Assembly: GCF_026210795.1 (NCBI RefSeq)
Contig: NC_089433.1
Location: 1,178,001 to 1,242,000 of the forward strand
Direction: 5' to 3'
Origin: Rhizophagus irregularis
Lineage: Eukaryota
DNA length: 64,000 bases
Positions 26,537 to 38,135 of this stretch are shown piece after piece. Position 1 is the first letter of the stretch, and each line of letters opens with the position of its first letter. The notes below the pieces were generated by a model that saw only the letters and a program-made list of their open reading frames with translations, ran no database searches and was not told the DNA's origin. The translations under genes and the position numbers were made by a program.

Positions 26537-28559
26537 TAAAATAGAATATGTAATAAATACTATTCCGTTTTCTAACTAATAACTAAACACGTGCCAAGTC
26601 GCCCCAATAGACCTATTATCAATTATGCTATTCATCATTTTCTGTTCGGTTACTAATTTTAATAAATTTTTATCGTGTCTTTGCCAATTCCTTTTTTCTT
26701 TTCTAAATTGATTACTTCCTCGCACCTTTTTGTACAAATTTGTTTTTCAATTCCTCGTAACAATGGACCCATAAGCTGAAAATCATCCTTATCATTAGTG
26801 ATTTTGTTAAGTCTATTATTGTACACACCTCTTAATAATTCCCACTCTCTTGTTTTACCCAATAAAATTGATGATTGATCAAATAATATACTCGAAAACG
26901 CAATATTTATATTTCGCACCATTGCTGCTTGATCTATATCGCCCTTTTCTAACATCTTTTCTTCGTAAGATACCATTGCGCTCAAAATTACCTCTCTAAT
27001 CTTAAATCCATTAGCTTCACATATCCAAATATGGATCCCAATCTTCGACTTCTTTTTCGCAACGTATACATATATCGTTATCGATCATATTTACCTCTCT
27101 TTGATACAATATAGTATAAGTCGGTAGTGCCTTCAGAATATTTTTAATTTTGTAAGCACGTTCATAAGAATCATGAATTAGATTGGAATAAGTCATTACA
27201 TTTTGTTAGCAATTTAAATAAGTACTCTAAACGACAAACAAGCGATCATAAGTGAAATTATAATAAAATAAACCTTCAATTAGTTCACTATTTAAAATTT
27301 CATTCTTGTATTTAACCATAGTTTGTAGTTTGGCCCAATCCCTAAACTCAATGATTTGTTCCAATACAAATTAAATTCGTTTATTAACAAACCATCCATC
27401 ATAATAGAACAATCAGGAAGTCTTTCTATTGTTGAATTATTCATTGATTTCATATAGTTCGCTAATTGAGCACTGACTATGTTAGCTTTTGTATATTCAA
27501 ACTGGTTAAAAACCTTCAAAGTAATATTCATTTTTTCCAACCAGTCTTCTAACCAAGTCAATTCCACAAAGTACCGTGCATCTAATCTTTTTCTTTTACT
27601 TGCCAAATTTATAAAATTAAAATCAAGGATTCTACTTTTCCGACATTTTAACATATAGATTATTGTTAATATCCAGCAGCAACAGAGCCATTATTAAACC
27701 ATGTAATATAGTGCTAGTTGTATCCTTTAAAGTTATAATCAGGCTCACTTTGATTTCGCCGTTCTCAACATCTAAATCATCTCTTATTATCCATGGATCC
27801 GATCTGACAGGTCAGATGACAGATTCATCCGCGGATGAAACAGATGATCTGAATCATCCGAACCTGGGTTAATCGCAGAAATTCCGTTCGGTACTGCGGA
27901 TTTTGAAGCCTAATTCCACCGAAAAATAATAATGATTTTTAATTAAGAATTTTTCTAACGGGTGGTGACTGAAATTATGACGATCGACCAGCATTAAAAA
28001 AATATAGTGCCAGTAAAAATTGATAATTCTGGCCAACGGTGATGATCACCCGGTGATTTGAAGTAAAAAACTTTAATTAAATATAATTTATAAATTTGTT
28101 ATTAATGGAAAACAATTCTTTTTGTTATTACATAAAAAAAAAAATCGCTCTAATTCATTTTATTGAAAAAACTGGATCGGCAGGTTAATTTTTTTTTTCT
28201 TTTTATAATGCAAAAAATATTCTATTAGATACAAATAACATTCACCTTAGTTTATCATTTTAATTGAGTCTGGCAAATATCTACAAGCCTAACCCATAAA
28301 AAACAAAAATAGAATGACTTAATTAAAAAAAACACAAAACCATACCATCTCCAAAGTCATTACATATAAAAAAAATAAACCTAAAAAGTTTTTTTTCAAA
28401 AAGTTAATTCTGACGGATGAAAACAGATCATCCGGTCAGATGATCTGTCATCCGTCATCTGACCTATGGCAAGCCGAGCTGGACTAAACTATCAGGCATT
28501 GGGCGGGTGAAAAATCAAGCATGGATTGACAAAATGTTACACCGTGCCTGACATTTTAC

Positions 28560-28960
28560 CTGTTCATGCTTGATATTCATCTGTCCGTGCTTGATATTTA
28601 TCTGTACGTGTTTGATATTTTTATCTGTTCATGCTTGATGTTTATCTATCACGTGCTTGATATTTTTATCTGTTCATGCTTGATGTTTATCTGTTCATGC
28701 TTGATGTTTATCTGTACGTGCTTGATGTTTTATCTGTACGTGCTTGATGTTTTATCTGTACCGTGCTTGATGTTTATCTGTACGTGCTTGATATTTATCT
28801 GTACGTGCTTGATATTTATCTGTACGTGCTTGATGGTTTTATCTGTACGTGCTTGATGGTTTTATCCGACCATGCTTGACATTTTTATCCGTCCGTGCTT
28901 TATGTTTTTATCTATCTGTGCTTGATATTTTTGTCCGTCTGTGCTTGATGTTTTTGTCCA
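28560..28960 (+). repeat. 20-22-bp minisatellite inside left TIR (mirrored at ~32320-32670)
   Basis: Repeated TGTACGTGCTTGAT(G/A)TTT(T)ATC units. Confidence 0.9.
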
Positions 28961-30199
28961 ACTGTGTTTGATTTAATCCAACTATACTCGATAATTTTAT
29001 CTTTGTCAAAAATTAGTTTCTTTGTCAGCACAGGGTTGATATTTTGTTGGTCACATGTTTTTAAGTTTAGCGTAGTTTTAAAAAAAATTTTTTTTTTTTG
29101 GCTTTTTTTTATAAACAAATTTTGTAGAGAATTTTTATTTTTAATATAGGCAAAGGCTTTGTTTGGTAGAATTTCTTTGGGAATTTTTAATAAGATTTTT
29201 TTTGATAAAAAATTTCGTTAGAAAATTTTTTTCATTGATAGGGACATTTCTGAGTTTTTTTTTTTTTGATGATAATTTCGTTAAAAACTTTTATTTGATA
29301 GAAATTTTATTGGAGAATTTTTTTTTAATAAGATTTTTTTTTGACATATACTTAATTTGTTGGAACAATTTTTTTTAACAGGAGAGATTTTTTTTTTTTG
29401 ATAGAGAATTAATTGAAAATTTTTTTTTTTTTGTAGAAAATTATTTGAAGAATTTTTTTAATAGGGAAGATTTTTTTTTTGATAGATAATTTCGTTACTA
29501 GAAAATTTTTTTAACTAGTGAGATTTTTTTTGATAGAGAATTTCGTTAAGAATTTTTTTTTAATAGGACTGAGGGAGTTTTCCTTGATAAAGAATTCTTT
29601 TGGAATTTTTTTTAATAAGTGAAAGTATTTTTGACGGAGAATTTTATTAGAGAATTTTTTTTTTTTTGATAGAAATTTCATCATAAAATTTTTTTTTTAA
29701 TGGGTAAGATTTTTTTTTTTTTGATAGATCATTTCGTTAATAATTTTTTTAACAGGAGATTTTTTTTTTGATAGAAAATTTCGGTAAAGAATTTTTTTTT
29801 TTAATAGGAGGGAAGTTTTTTTTTGATAGAAATTCTTTTGAGAACTTTTTTTAATAGGTAAAGAATCTTTGAATTTTTTTTTAATAGGGAAAATGTATTT
29901 TTTGATGGAAGATTTTCGTTAGAAATTTTTCTTAATCAGGGATATTTTTTTTGATTGAGAATTTCATTAGAGAATTGTTGGTTGAAAAGTTTTTTTATTT
30001 TTTTGATGGAGAATTTTGTTAGAAGTCTCAATAGAAAATTTTATTGAAAATAGTTTTTTTTTAATAAGGGTATTGAGAATTTTGGCTTGAAATTTTTTAT
30101 TTAATAAAGAATTTCATTAGGAATCTTTTTTTTTTATAAAAAATTGATTGAAAATTTATTGGAAATTTTTTATTAAATTTTACAATTTTAATAAATTTT

Positions 30200-30545
30200 T
30201 ACTCCTCTTCGTCATCCCATAACTTCTTTTAATCTTCCATCGCTCCTTTTCGTCTCCCATCACTCCTTTTCGTCTCCCATTGCTTCTTTTCGTCTCCCAT
30301 CACGCCTCTTCGTCTCCTATCACTCCTTTTCGTCTCCCATCACTCTTTTTTGTCTCCCATCGCTCCCTTTCGTCTCCTATCACTCCTCTTAATCTTCCCA
30401 TCACTTCTTTTCGTCTCCTATTACTCCTTTTCGTCTCCCATCACTCCTCTTAATCTTCCCATCACTTCTTTTCGTCTCCCATCACTCCTCTTAATCTTCC
30501 CATCACTTCTTTTTGTCTCCCATCACTCCTTTTTATCTCTCATCA
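30200..30545 (+). repeat. ~20-bp pyrimidine-rich minisatellite in the foldback spacer
   Basis: Repeated CACTCCTTTTCGTCTCCCAT units. Confidence 0.9.
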
Positions 30546-33089
30546 TGTCCTATTTCTCCTTTTTGTTTCCTATCACTTCTCATTACTCTTTTTTATTCCC
30601 TTTCATCTTCTATTACTTTCCATTACTCCATTGTTATTTTATTTTTTTATTAGCATCTTTTTCCTTGATCATTGTAATTTACTTATCTTTTTTATTTCTT
30701 GTTATTGTTTCTTTTATTTGTACACTTCAATAAAAATAAATATGGTGATTTTTTTCTTTAAAACTTAAATTTTAATATTTGTAAATAAAATTTAATTAAA
30801 TAAGATATTTTGAATAAATATATTTGCAAAAAAATTTTTTTAAAAAATATCTTTTTAATAATAACCGATCAAAAATTAGATAGTACATATATATTTGAAA
30901 AAAAAAACCCAGGCGATGATCGCCCAGGCAATCCCAATTTTTATTTATATATTAAAAGTATTTAAAATAGTAGATTTTCAAAAATGTTTCCAATTAATGA
31001 TAAAAAGAAGAAACACTTCAAACAAATTTCTGCTATATACTTTTCTTAAAGTTAACATTATTAACTTTTTAATTTATGTCGGCTCATGCGAAGCTTTACT
31101 AGTATATAAAATTTGCTTAATTTACTATGCTATTAAGGATTCTATCATAGTTTTTTTTTAATTTTATCTTAATTTTATTAATGTAATTTAGTAATTTTTT
31201 AATTTTATAAAAAAAGATCTCTAATGAAATTCTTTATTAAAAAAAAAAATTTCAAGCCAAAATTCTCGATACCCTTATTAAAAAAAAAACTATTTTCTAA
31301 CAAAATTCTCCATCAAAAAAATAAAAAAACTTTTCAACCAACAATTCTCTAATGAAATTCTCAATCAAAAAAAATATCCCTGATTAAGAAAAATTTCTAA
31401 CGAAAATCTTCCATCAAAAAATACATTTTCCCTATTAAAAAAAAAATTCAAAGATTCTTTACCTATTAAAAAAAGTTCTCAAAAGAATTTCTATCAAAAA
31501 AAAACTTCCCTCCTATTAAAAAAAAAAATTCTTTACCGAAATTTTCTATCAAAAAAAAAAATCTCCTGTTAAAAAAATTATTAACGAAATGATCTATCAA
31601 AAAAAAAAAAAATCTTACCCATTAAAAAAAAAATTCTATGATGAAATTTCTATCAAAAAATACTTTCACTTATTAAAAAAAATTCCCAAAAGAATTCTTT
31701 ATCAAGGAAAACTCCCTCCTATTAAAAAAAATTCTTAACGAAATTCTCTATCAAAAAAAAATCTCACTTGTTAAAAAAATTTTCTAGTAACGAAATTATC
31801 TATCAAAAAAAAAATCTTCCCTATTAAAAAAATTCTTCAAATAATTTTCTGCAAAAAAAAAAAATTCTCAATTAATTCTTTATCAAAAAAAAAAATCTCT
31901 CCTATCAAAAAAAATTGTTAAGTACATATCAAAAAAAAATCTTATCAAAAAAAAAATTCTCCAATAAAATTTCTATCAAATAAAAGTTTTTAACGAAATT
32001 ATCATCAAAAAAAAAACTCAGAAATGTTCCTATCAATGAAAAAAATTTTCTAACGAAATTTTTTATCAAAAAAAATCTTATTAAAAATTCCCAAAGAAAT
32101 TCTACCAAACAAAGCCTTTGCCTATATTAAAAATAAAAATTCTCTACAAAATTTGTTTATAAAAAAAAGCCAATAAAAAAAAAAATTTTTTTTAAAACTA
32201 CGCTAAACTTAAAACATGTGACCAACAAAATATCAACCCTGTGCTGACAAAGAAACTAATTTTTGACAAAGATAAAATTATTGAGCATAGTTGGATTAAA
32301 TCAAATACAGTTGGACAAAAACATCAAGCACAGACGGACAAAAATATCAGGCACAAATGGATAAAAACATAAAGCACGGACGGATAAAAATGTCAAGCAT
32401 GGTCAAATAAAAACATCAAGCACGTACAGATAAAACCATCAAGCACGTACAGATAAATATCAAGCACGTACAGATAAACATCAAACACGTACAGATAAAA
32501 CATCAAGCACGTACAGATAAAACATCAAGCACGTACAGATAAACATCAAGCATGAACAGATAAAAATATCAAGCACGTGATAGATAAACATCAAGCATGA
32601 ACAGATAAAAATATCAAGCACGTACAGATAAATATCAAGCATGGGACAGATGAAAATCAAGCATAAACAGGTAAAATGTCAGACACGGGGTGACATTTTG
32701 TCAAGCCATGCTTGATATTTTATCGCACAATGTCTGATAATTATGTCCAACTCGGCTTGCCATACTGACCAGATCTGAAATCTGGTCGGATCGTCGGATG
32801 ACAGATGATCCTATGATCGTAACCAATTTGTCTATATTATCAATTCTCGAATTGTATTCTACATCTATTTTTTCTTCAATCATCATTTTATTTACTACCT
32901 CGTTCTTCATTTTAATATTTCTTAACGTTCAAAAGGTACAGTATATTATGCAGTATATCGTCCTGAATGCTTTTCTTCCTAATATCTCTTTCACAACCCT
33001 TAAACTTGATAAGTCCGGATGATTATATGAAAAATTTTTTGTTATACCAAATTTTACTAATTAAATGTGGTATAACATTTAACGAAGTA

Positions 33090-34367
33090 CAGTGGTGTGC
33101 AAAAAAAATGACAATTTTTCAAGTCACGTTAATTTTTTAACCAATAAACCAATCAAAAAATAAAAAGTATTATTTTAAAGCTAAAACATAGTAGACTTTA
33201 TTAAAAAAAATTAATATGGTATTCGTTCACCATTTCTGTCAATAACCTCCCTACAACGTTGCGGCATTGAATTTACAAGATTAATTAGGAGGTTATTTGG
33301 AATTTTTACCCATTCTTCATGCAAAAAAACATCTAATTCATTAAGATTTTTTGGTCTACGCAACTCTGTATTTCTCTTAACAATTGCCCAAAGGTTTTCT
33401 ATGGGGTTTAGATCTGGACTATTGGATGGCCAGTCCATAACCTCTGGGACATTATTTTTGAGAAATTCCTTAGCAACCCGACTAGTATGTTTAGGATCAT
33501 TATCTTGTTGCAGCCGCCAACTATCTCCTAACATACTGTACACCTCTGGAATTTGTCTTTCTAATATTTTTGTGTAAAATTTTCCATCCATTATCCCTAA
33601 AACAAAAAAGACTTGTTTTACCTCTTATGCAAAAACCACCCCATGCAAAAATTTTACTTCGGTCTTTTGGTATGGGACGAATTGGCCGTTGTTTTTTATA
33701 CCAATGCCTTACTGTGTTGCGGAATAGCTGGAAAGCTGTCTCATCACTAAATAAAGTATTTTGCCAGTCATCATTCATGTGATTTTGTGCCCATTCAATA
33801 CGTTTATGCTTATGGGCTGGAGTAAGCATTGGTGTAGCAAGGGGGAGTGCATTTTTGTATCCGTGGCTGGTCAAATACCTTGAAACTGTTGAGCGAGAGA
33901 CGTTAACACCAACATCTTCCAATTTGGCAGCAATGAACTTGGCGGTAATTGTGGGTTTTCTTTGAATATATTGTCCAATTTCACGAGCAGCCTTTTGCGT
34001 TATTTTACTAATACGTCCATTGCCACCTCTATGTTTCACATCTCCGGTTTTTTTGATTTTTTTAAGGTTCCTATATATTGTCCTAAGTGGTATCTTTGTC
34101 AAAGAATGAATTTTGGCGGCAGTACGTATTCCTTGCCTCCAGAATTGTAATATCGTTTGTCTTTGAGTTTCTTGCTTAGATAGTGGCATTTTATACGGTT
34201 AATAAAATACAATTTTATTATATATGGGAAAAAATTTTTCGTTAAAAAATAAAGTAATCACGGGGCTTTCATACGCATATTTATTTGTGTAGATACGACT
34301 AAAATCGGATAAGTTATGCCTGCTGATCATTACTCAAAAAAATTGTCATTTTTTTTGCACACCACTG
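33090..34367 (-). mobile_element. Full-length Tc1/mariner (DD34E) transposon
   Basis: Perfect 30-bp TIR CAGTGGTGTGCAAAAAAAATGACAATTTTT at both ends, TA at 33088-89 and 34368-69, internal transposase. Confidence 0.97.
33211..34189 (-). pseudogene. Tc1 transposase with a single frameshift near 33595
   Basis: HTH N-terminus, FSDET, QQDNDPKH, WPSNSPDLNPIENLW; 34 residues between second D and E; two overlapping ORFs 33521-34189 and 33211-33591. Confidence 0.93.
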
Positions 34368-34714
34368 TATAATACATAAACCCACATATGTAAATGTAAT
34401 GAATTTTTTTTTTATAATGAACTTTTTTCTGAATATAATGATGAAGATTTTTACGAGATGAATTTTTACCATAAGGGATAATCTGACATTCATTTTACAT
34501 GAAATTTTTTTCAAATATAGTAATTTCACACATTATTTATTTTATTATAACCATGCTTCATGTTTCATTCTTTTTGTTTATTTTACCTATTTCCTTATAT
34601 GAAAATGCAAAAGGTAAACCCCAAAAAAATCTTGACGAAGTTGAAGGCCCTAAAAGTCTATATTAATTTCTATTTCATCATTTGATGAAGAATCATCATT
34701 TATATTAGGTTGGT

Positions 34715-36065
34715 CATAATCTTACTGCTGCGTAAAAAAAGAAGTCTGTTTAAAAAAATAGCAACACCTTTTTTTAAACAAAAAGACTTAGCTAATGAAT
34801 ATGGTGTTAGCGAACTAAGCAAAGGAATGATTAGTGGCATTTTAAAAGCAAGAAACCATTAGCTAATGGATAGATCAATAATTTTAAAAAACGCCACGCA
34901 ATATAATATTCATGGAGAAGCAGCAAGTGCGCCACTTCAAGTAATGCGTGAAGATCATCATCAAATTTTAAAAAATTATGACCCTAAAGAATCAATTGTG
35001 ATGAACTGGGTCTTTTTTGGAAGATGCGGCCTAGTCATACAATATCTAATGGTCAGGTTACTGGATACAAAACGGTCAAAGATCGTGTAACTGTTTTGTT
35101 TACCTGTAACGCAACTGGAAGTAAAAAATTGTGTCCTTTGTTTATGAAAATCCCTGAGTTCTTAAAAATATTGATAAAAAATCACTTCCAGTTGATTATT
35201 ACAGGAATACTAAAAGTTGGATGCAGGTGTTGGTTTGGAACCAATATCTCAAGAAACTTGATATCAAAATGAGAAATCAAGGTCGTAAATTCTTCTTCTG
35301 TTGATAATACTCCAACCCATGCCTTATATGAAACTACACATCTCACAAATATTACTATCGAATATCTCCCCTCTGCGCACTTACAACCTTGCGATCAAGG
35401 GATTATCAATAGGTTTAAAGTAAGTAATAAATTACTTCAAGTTATAAAAATTCTATACATACTTAACTTGATTATGTAAAAATACTTTCGATATTGCGCC
35501 TAAAAAAATAAAAAAATTAATTAAAGGCATATGATAAATATAACGAATATGGCATTAATCCTGTTTGAAATTAATATTATAAAGTGCATTAAGTATATTG
35601 CGCATGCATGGAATAATGGTGCATAAGATACGATTGAAAATTGTTGGATATTTGCCTAAAAATGATGGAAATTATTATAGACGATAAGACTGATGCACAA
35701 ATTTATTCTACGCATATATAAGAATTGGAAGATGTCCAAACATTGATCGATGAACTTAACCCTGAAATCCCTTTAATGCTAAAGAATTCGATAATGATGA
35801 AATTACAACAGAAATGTTGTCTAACGAAGAAATTCTCAAAGCAGTTCTTCCTAATAATCAAGAAAAGGAAATAGAAGAATCTTTGAATCCTTTACCATTA
35901 ATTACTCATAGCGAAGTTGATAATAAGGTGATTTTATATTTAGAACAACAAGAAAGTGATTTGATATGAAAAGAAAGAATTGAAATATGTTAAAAAACTA
36001 AAAAAAGAAGCTTTAAAGCAGAATTTTACTTCTGTAAGGCAAATTAATTTTGATAGTTTTATTAA
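34715..36065 (+). mobile_element. Degenerate pogo/Tigger (CENP-B HTH + DDE_1) transposase
   Basis: Fragments QKDLANEYGVS, IHGEAASAPL, NCDELGLFWKM, KDRVTVLFTCNATGSKKL, DNTPTH, HLQPCDQGIINRFK; many frameshifts. Confidence 0.88.
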
Positions 36066-37194
36066 TAGATTATTAATTAAAATTTTTTTTACATAGCAAA
36101 AGTTAAATTTTTTTTGTAATGCAAAATTATTACAATTACTTGAGCCATGCGCACCAGCAATCAAGATCTCGTATGAGCGTTTAATCTAATTTACGTAAAA
36201 TAATAACTTAAATATGTTAAGTAAATTACTCCTGTCAGAATTACCTCTGGCGTGAATATACAGTGCATACTTTTTTTGAAATGCACATAATAAATTGCTT
36301 TTAATTAATAAAATTTAATATCAAAATATTTAACAAATTACTTAATATTATGTAAAAATATTCGTTATACGATAAGTTCATGGTTTGTCGATACTTCCAC
36401 ACTAGCACGTGATAACACGTAAAAAAATTTCTTTTTTCTTTTTTTCGTACCGCTACTTTTAATGTACTGCTATGTATTTTCTATTTGTTTGCATAAATAA
36501 TTGTTATATAATAAACAAAGGAGATGCGTAACTAACAAAAAATAAATAAATAAATAAATAAATAAAGAATATTAAATTCCTTCCTTTTTTTTTAAAGCTT
36601 GATGATTGAATAAATCAATATCTCTTCAATTATAAATAAAGTGTATAGATAATTCTAAAATTCACATAAAAAAGAAAATAAGAGTTGGATTTGTTTCAAT
36701 TTTTGTAATATACAGTATTAGCCTCGTTCTGTCTTGCTACCACTCGATCCTGATTTTTTATCAATTTACCTTGATTTTAGATTTGAAGTAAAGCTAGATA
36801 TCTATGATGCCAATCTGACTGCTGATTCTGTAATTGCTTTACGTATTGCTTTTAAATACTTTGTTCATGAGTTGTATCAAATGAATTTTAATGGTTTCCG
36901 TCAAAATATTTACCACTATTTCAAAGTGGATAAACACAATTGAATCTCTTAAAAAATTCAAGTCAAAGCACCGTTATTATCAGCATTACCTATAATTAAC
37001 AAACATTTATAAGTGACTGAGGTATACCAAAGCGCGGTAGCAAAGATTTTCGAACCGGTTGGATCAGAGAATCAACATGACACGCTTACGAGCTCGTTAA
37101 ACGCTTTAGAAAAAGCACTAAGCAAAGAACGAAATGTATCCAGATAAATCTTTTAATAATGCACGTGACTGGCCAAGATTTAAATATCCTAGAC

Positions 37195-37710
37195 TTGCCA
37201 CACTCCAACCCACACTCCCAACCCACACCTAAACCAACACGTAAAGAAAAGAGGCCTAAGAGAAGACTTCCTAACGTTTTTAAATGGTACAGGAGTTTTC
37301 AGCAACAACGAAATTAGACCTAGTAAAAAAAAGAAGATGAAAAAAAAAACGTTAAACAACACTCCCAACCCACTCCCAACCCCACACTTCAACCCACACT
37401 CTCAACCCACACCCAAACCCACCCACCCAAAGTCCCAAACCCACACTCCCAACCCACACCCGAACCCACATACCTAAAGAAAGATGTAAAGAAAAGAGGC
37501 CTAAGAGAAGACTTCTAATAGTACAGGAGTTCTCAGCAACAACGAAAGCGTGCATCAAAATTAGACCTAAAAAAAAGTAGACGAAAAAAAAAAACGATAA
37601 ACAACACTCCCAACCCACACTCCCAACCCACACTCCCAACCCAAACCCACCCAAAGTCCCAAACTCACACTCCCAACCCACCCAAAGTCCCAAACCCACC
37701 CCTTTGTCTT
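37195..37710 (+). repeat. C-rich CACACTCCCAACC tandem repeats in a partially duplicated block
   Basis: Arrays at 37197-37235, 37357-37470 and 37602-37702; spacer GTAAAGAAAAGAGGCCTAAGAGAAGACTTC..GTACAGGAGTT duplicated. Confidence 0.85.
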
Positions 37711-37984
37711 CCCTTTTCCCTTCGTTCTCAATGAACGATTGCAATCGTTTATGTGAAATGTGTTCCATTTCGTCTGTTTCATCTAATTATATAATAAAAA
37801 TTAATTACAGTATGATGAAATCGTGATAACATGATAAAAATAATCTTGCACATACCATGGCTGTAATTATTGTCAACTATTGTGGTTCATTCTCTATGAA
37901 ATTAATAGAAAAAATAATAAAAACACTATTTAATAAATAAATACAATTTTTGTCCGAAAATAAATTATAATTACCAGGATAGAT

Positions 37985-38135
37985 ATTTTTTATCCCATTC
38001 ATTAAAAATAATATAATTCATTAGCAGTTGGCCTTTTTTCAGGATCATTATCCCATCATCTTTTCATTAGTTCAACGTATTCAGGCATAGTTCCTTCTAT
38101 AATTTTGTCTAATACCCTTGCAAATATTTAAAGAA
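37985..38135 (-). pseudogene. Kinase C-lobe fragment
   Basis: KIIEGTMPEYVELMKR*WDNDPEKRPTANELYNIF. Confidence 0.7.

Larger units (their letters stand above)
28465..32764. mobile_element. 4.3-kb foldback-type non-autonomous element with ~1.6-kb modular TIRs, IS3EU-like termini
   Basis: Arms ~28465-30145 and ~31200-32764 are near-identical reverse complements; termini TATGGCAAGCCGAG...CTCGGCTTGCCATA; CTGACC duplicated at 28459-28464 and 32765-32770; no transposase ORF. Confidence 0.9.
27792..32815. mobile_element. ~720-bp non-autonomous DNA element (CAT...ATG ends, 3-bp TSD), host of the foldback element
   Basis: ATC duplicated at 27789-27791 and 32816-32818; ends CATGGATCCGATCTG / (rc) CATAGGATCATCTG; subterminal CAGATGA/TCATCCG motifs at both ends; excision restores the LINE frame DKLVTIIRDDLD. 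Confidence 0.75.
25862..33089 (-). mobile_element. Old LINE (C-terminal part of ORF2 with zf-RVT, plus 3' UTR), interrupted by nested insertions
   Basis: YKIKNILKALPTYTILYQR...CIRCEKEVEDW.HIWICE (zf-RVT, ~27020-27160) and ICTKRCEEV; ORF fragments 26659-26985 and 27292-27654; frame rejoins 32819 to 27791 once the insertion is removed; 3' end near 25862-25900. Confidence 0.8.

Noticed and set aside
28560..28960. CRISPR-like periodic repeats and the 96-aa CLMFI-repeat ORF
   Set aside because: Head-to-tail minisatellite without unique spacers, no cas genes, eukaryotic context; part of the foldback TIR
37189..37782. G/W/V-rich ORFs and telomere-like appearance
   Set aside because: Translations of CACACTCCCAACC repeats; not TTAGGG arrays
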